From Trueperaceae bacterium (GTDB taxonomy: Bacteria > Deinococcota > Deinococci > Deinococcales > Trueperaceae), in contig JAXHNB010000001.1 in assembly GCA_034520945.1 (NCBI GenBank), forward strand, positions 288,001 through 352,000: a DNA stretch of 64,000 bases, in the 5' to 3' direction. The position numbers and the translations under genes were made by a program. Shown piece after piece: positions 62,581 to 64,000 of this stretch. The notes under the pieces are model-generated. The model was given only the letters and a program-made list of their open reading frames with translations, had not been told where the DNA came from and did not search any database. How positions within the stretch are numbered: the stretch's first letter is position 1; the number at the start of each line of letters is the position of its first letter.

Positions 62581-63246
62581 ATGCCCGACACCGCGGCCCT
62601 GTTCGACGACGCCCGCGTGCCCGACGCGCTCAGGTCGCTCGTGGCGGCGGAACGCCCCTGGGAGGTACTGGCGGCGCTGGACGGGTTCACGGCCGGGCTC
62701 CACGACCACCGCGAAGGCACGGTGCACCCCACGGCCATGGTGGAGGGCGTGGTGGTGATGGGGCGGGGCGCCTCGGTCGGCCCGTACGCGTGGGTGCAGG
62801 GTCCCGCCTGGATCGGCCCGGGCGCGCGCATCGGCCACGCCGCCGTGGTGCGGGGCGGATGCGTGCTGGCGGACGGGGCCCACGTGGGGCACGCCAGCGA
62901 GGTGAAGCGAAGCCTGCTGTTGCAAGGCGCCAAGGTGCCGCACTTCAATTACGTCGGGGACAGCGTGGTCGGTGCGGGCGTGAACCTGGGCGCCGGCGTC
63001 AAGCTGGCCAACCTCAAGAACGACGGGAGCGAGATTCGCGTCGACGGAATCGACACGGGCCTGACCAAGTTCGGCGCCGCGCTCGGGGACGACGTCCGGA
63101 TCGGCTGCAACGCCGTGTTGGGGCCCGGTACGATCGTAGGCGCGCGGACGGTGATCTACGCCGGGGCGGTGGTGCGGGGCGTGGTGGCCGGCGACCAGGT
63201 CGTCAAGCACCGGCCCGTCACCGAGATCGTGGACCGGCGCGTCTGA
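62581..63246 (+). CDS. Left-handed beta-helix acyltransferase-like protein (GlmU C-terminal-like, standalone)
   Basis: Hexapeptide repeats, HFNYVGDS, NLGAG...AN and KFGA; no nucleotidyltransferase domain. Confidence 0.8.
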   Translation: MPDTAALFDDARVPDALRSLVAAERPWEVLAALDGFTAGLHDHREGTVHPTAMVEGVVVMGRGASVGPYAWVQGPAWIGPGARIGHAAVVRGGCVLADGAHVGHASEVKRSLLLQGAKVPHFNYVGDSVVGAGVNLGAGVKLANLKNDGSEIRVDGIDTGLTKFGAALGDDVRIGCNAVLGPGTIVGARTVIYAGAVVRGVVAGDQVVKHRPVTEIVDRRV

Positions 63247-63256
63247 GCGCCGGCGC

Positions 63257-63994
63257 GTGTTTCCCCTTCGCGACGACAACCCGCGCCATGGCCCCGCGCG
63301 GATCACCTGGACGGTGATGCTGCTGGCCATCGCTGCGTTCCTGGTGCAACTGGGCGCGGCCGGCCCCGGCGCGGCCGACGCCCTGGTTCGAGGCGCCGCG
63401 TTCGTGCCGCGGGCGTTCTTCGCCGACCCGGTCGGCCAGGCCGCCACGCTCGCGACCAGCGCCTTTCTGCACGGAAGCCCGTTGCACCTGATCAGCAACA
63501 TGTTCTTCTTGTTCGTGTTCGGCGACAACGTCGAAGACCGCATGGGGCACGCGCGCTTCGCCGCGTTCTACCTGGCCGGCGCGGTGGTGGCCGCCCTGGC
63601 GCACGCCCTGGTTCGGCCCGACAGCCCCGTCCCCATGGTGGGCGCCTCCGGGGCGATCAGCGCGATCCTGGGCGCGTACGTGCTGCTGTTCCCCCGTCAG
63701 CGCGTGCAGACCTTCGTGCCGCCGCTGTTCCTGCCGTGGCTGATGCTGCGGGTGCTGTTGCCGCTACCCAGGTTCTTCTTGTGGTGGTTGCCCGCCTGGC
63801 TGTACATCGGCTACTGGGCGTTTCTGAACCTGTTGGAGGCGGGCGGGACACTGGGCGCCGGCCCGGTCGCCGACACCGGGGTCGCCTGGTGGGCGCACGT
63901 GGGCGGGTTCGCGTTCGGGCTGGCCATGGTCCGGACGTTCACCCGCCCCCCTGGCGGCGATGGAGGCCCTCAGGCGGGTTCGATCAGCCCGTAG
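63257..63994 (+). CDS. Rhomboid intramembrane serine protease
   Basis: Contains FLHG..HLISNM, GASG (catalytic Ser) and AHVGG (catalytic His). Confidence 0.92.
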   Translation: MFPLRDDNPRHGPARITWTVMLLAIAAFLVQLGAAGPGAADALVRGAAFVPRAFFADPVGQAATLATSAFLHGSPLHLISNMFFLFVFGDNVEDRMGHARFAAFYLAGAVVAALAHALVRPDSPVPMVGASGAISAILGAYVLLFPRQRVQTFVPPLFLPWLMLRVLLPLPRFFLWWLPAWLYIGYWAFLNLLEAGGTLGAGPVADTGVAWWAHVGGFAFGLAMVRTFTRPPGGDGGPQAGSISP

Positions 63995-64000
63995 TGCCCG

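Overview
This is very GC-rich bacterial chromosomal DNA. It looks like Deinococcota, probably Trueperaceae-like: an SlpA-type S-layer/porin gene, an rplU-rpmA-obgE-yqeK-LCP-rsfS block, many leaderless genes and a c-di-GMP-II riboswitch. Acidic exported proteins and an Mrp antiporter suggest a saline or alkaline niche (inference). Bases 1-7200 recur at 20291-27488, which fits the end of a ~20.3 kb tandem duplication with its junction at 7200/7201, or a misassembly. The two copies are almost identical apart from short dense substitution patches and single-base indels at G/C runs. The duplicated unit holds mrpABCDEFG, an operon of an L-threonine-transaldolase-like SHMT homologue plus a fused LeuC-LeuD aconitase-family enzyme, two PQQ-type sugar dehydrogenases (one fused to cytochrome c), and a tightly coupled NAD salvage operon (pncA-nadE-nadD-pncB-MOSC). 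The NAD synthetase in that operon is of the eukaryotic Qns1/NADSYN1 type. Downstream lie CAP lipoproteins, copZ-csoR-copA with a CsoR operator, a GH65/beta-PGM fusion, mgtE, galTK, ribosomal and housekeeping genes, an orphan DnaA-box cluster, a diguanylate cyclase, rodA, thyX and slpA. The best candidates for undescribed biology are the NAD operon (eukaryote-type NadE plus an mARC-like MOSC protein) and the transaldolase-like/aconitase-like pair. No tRNA, rRNA, CRISPR array or transposase was recognised. All family calls come from recalled motifs, not database searches.
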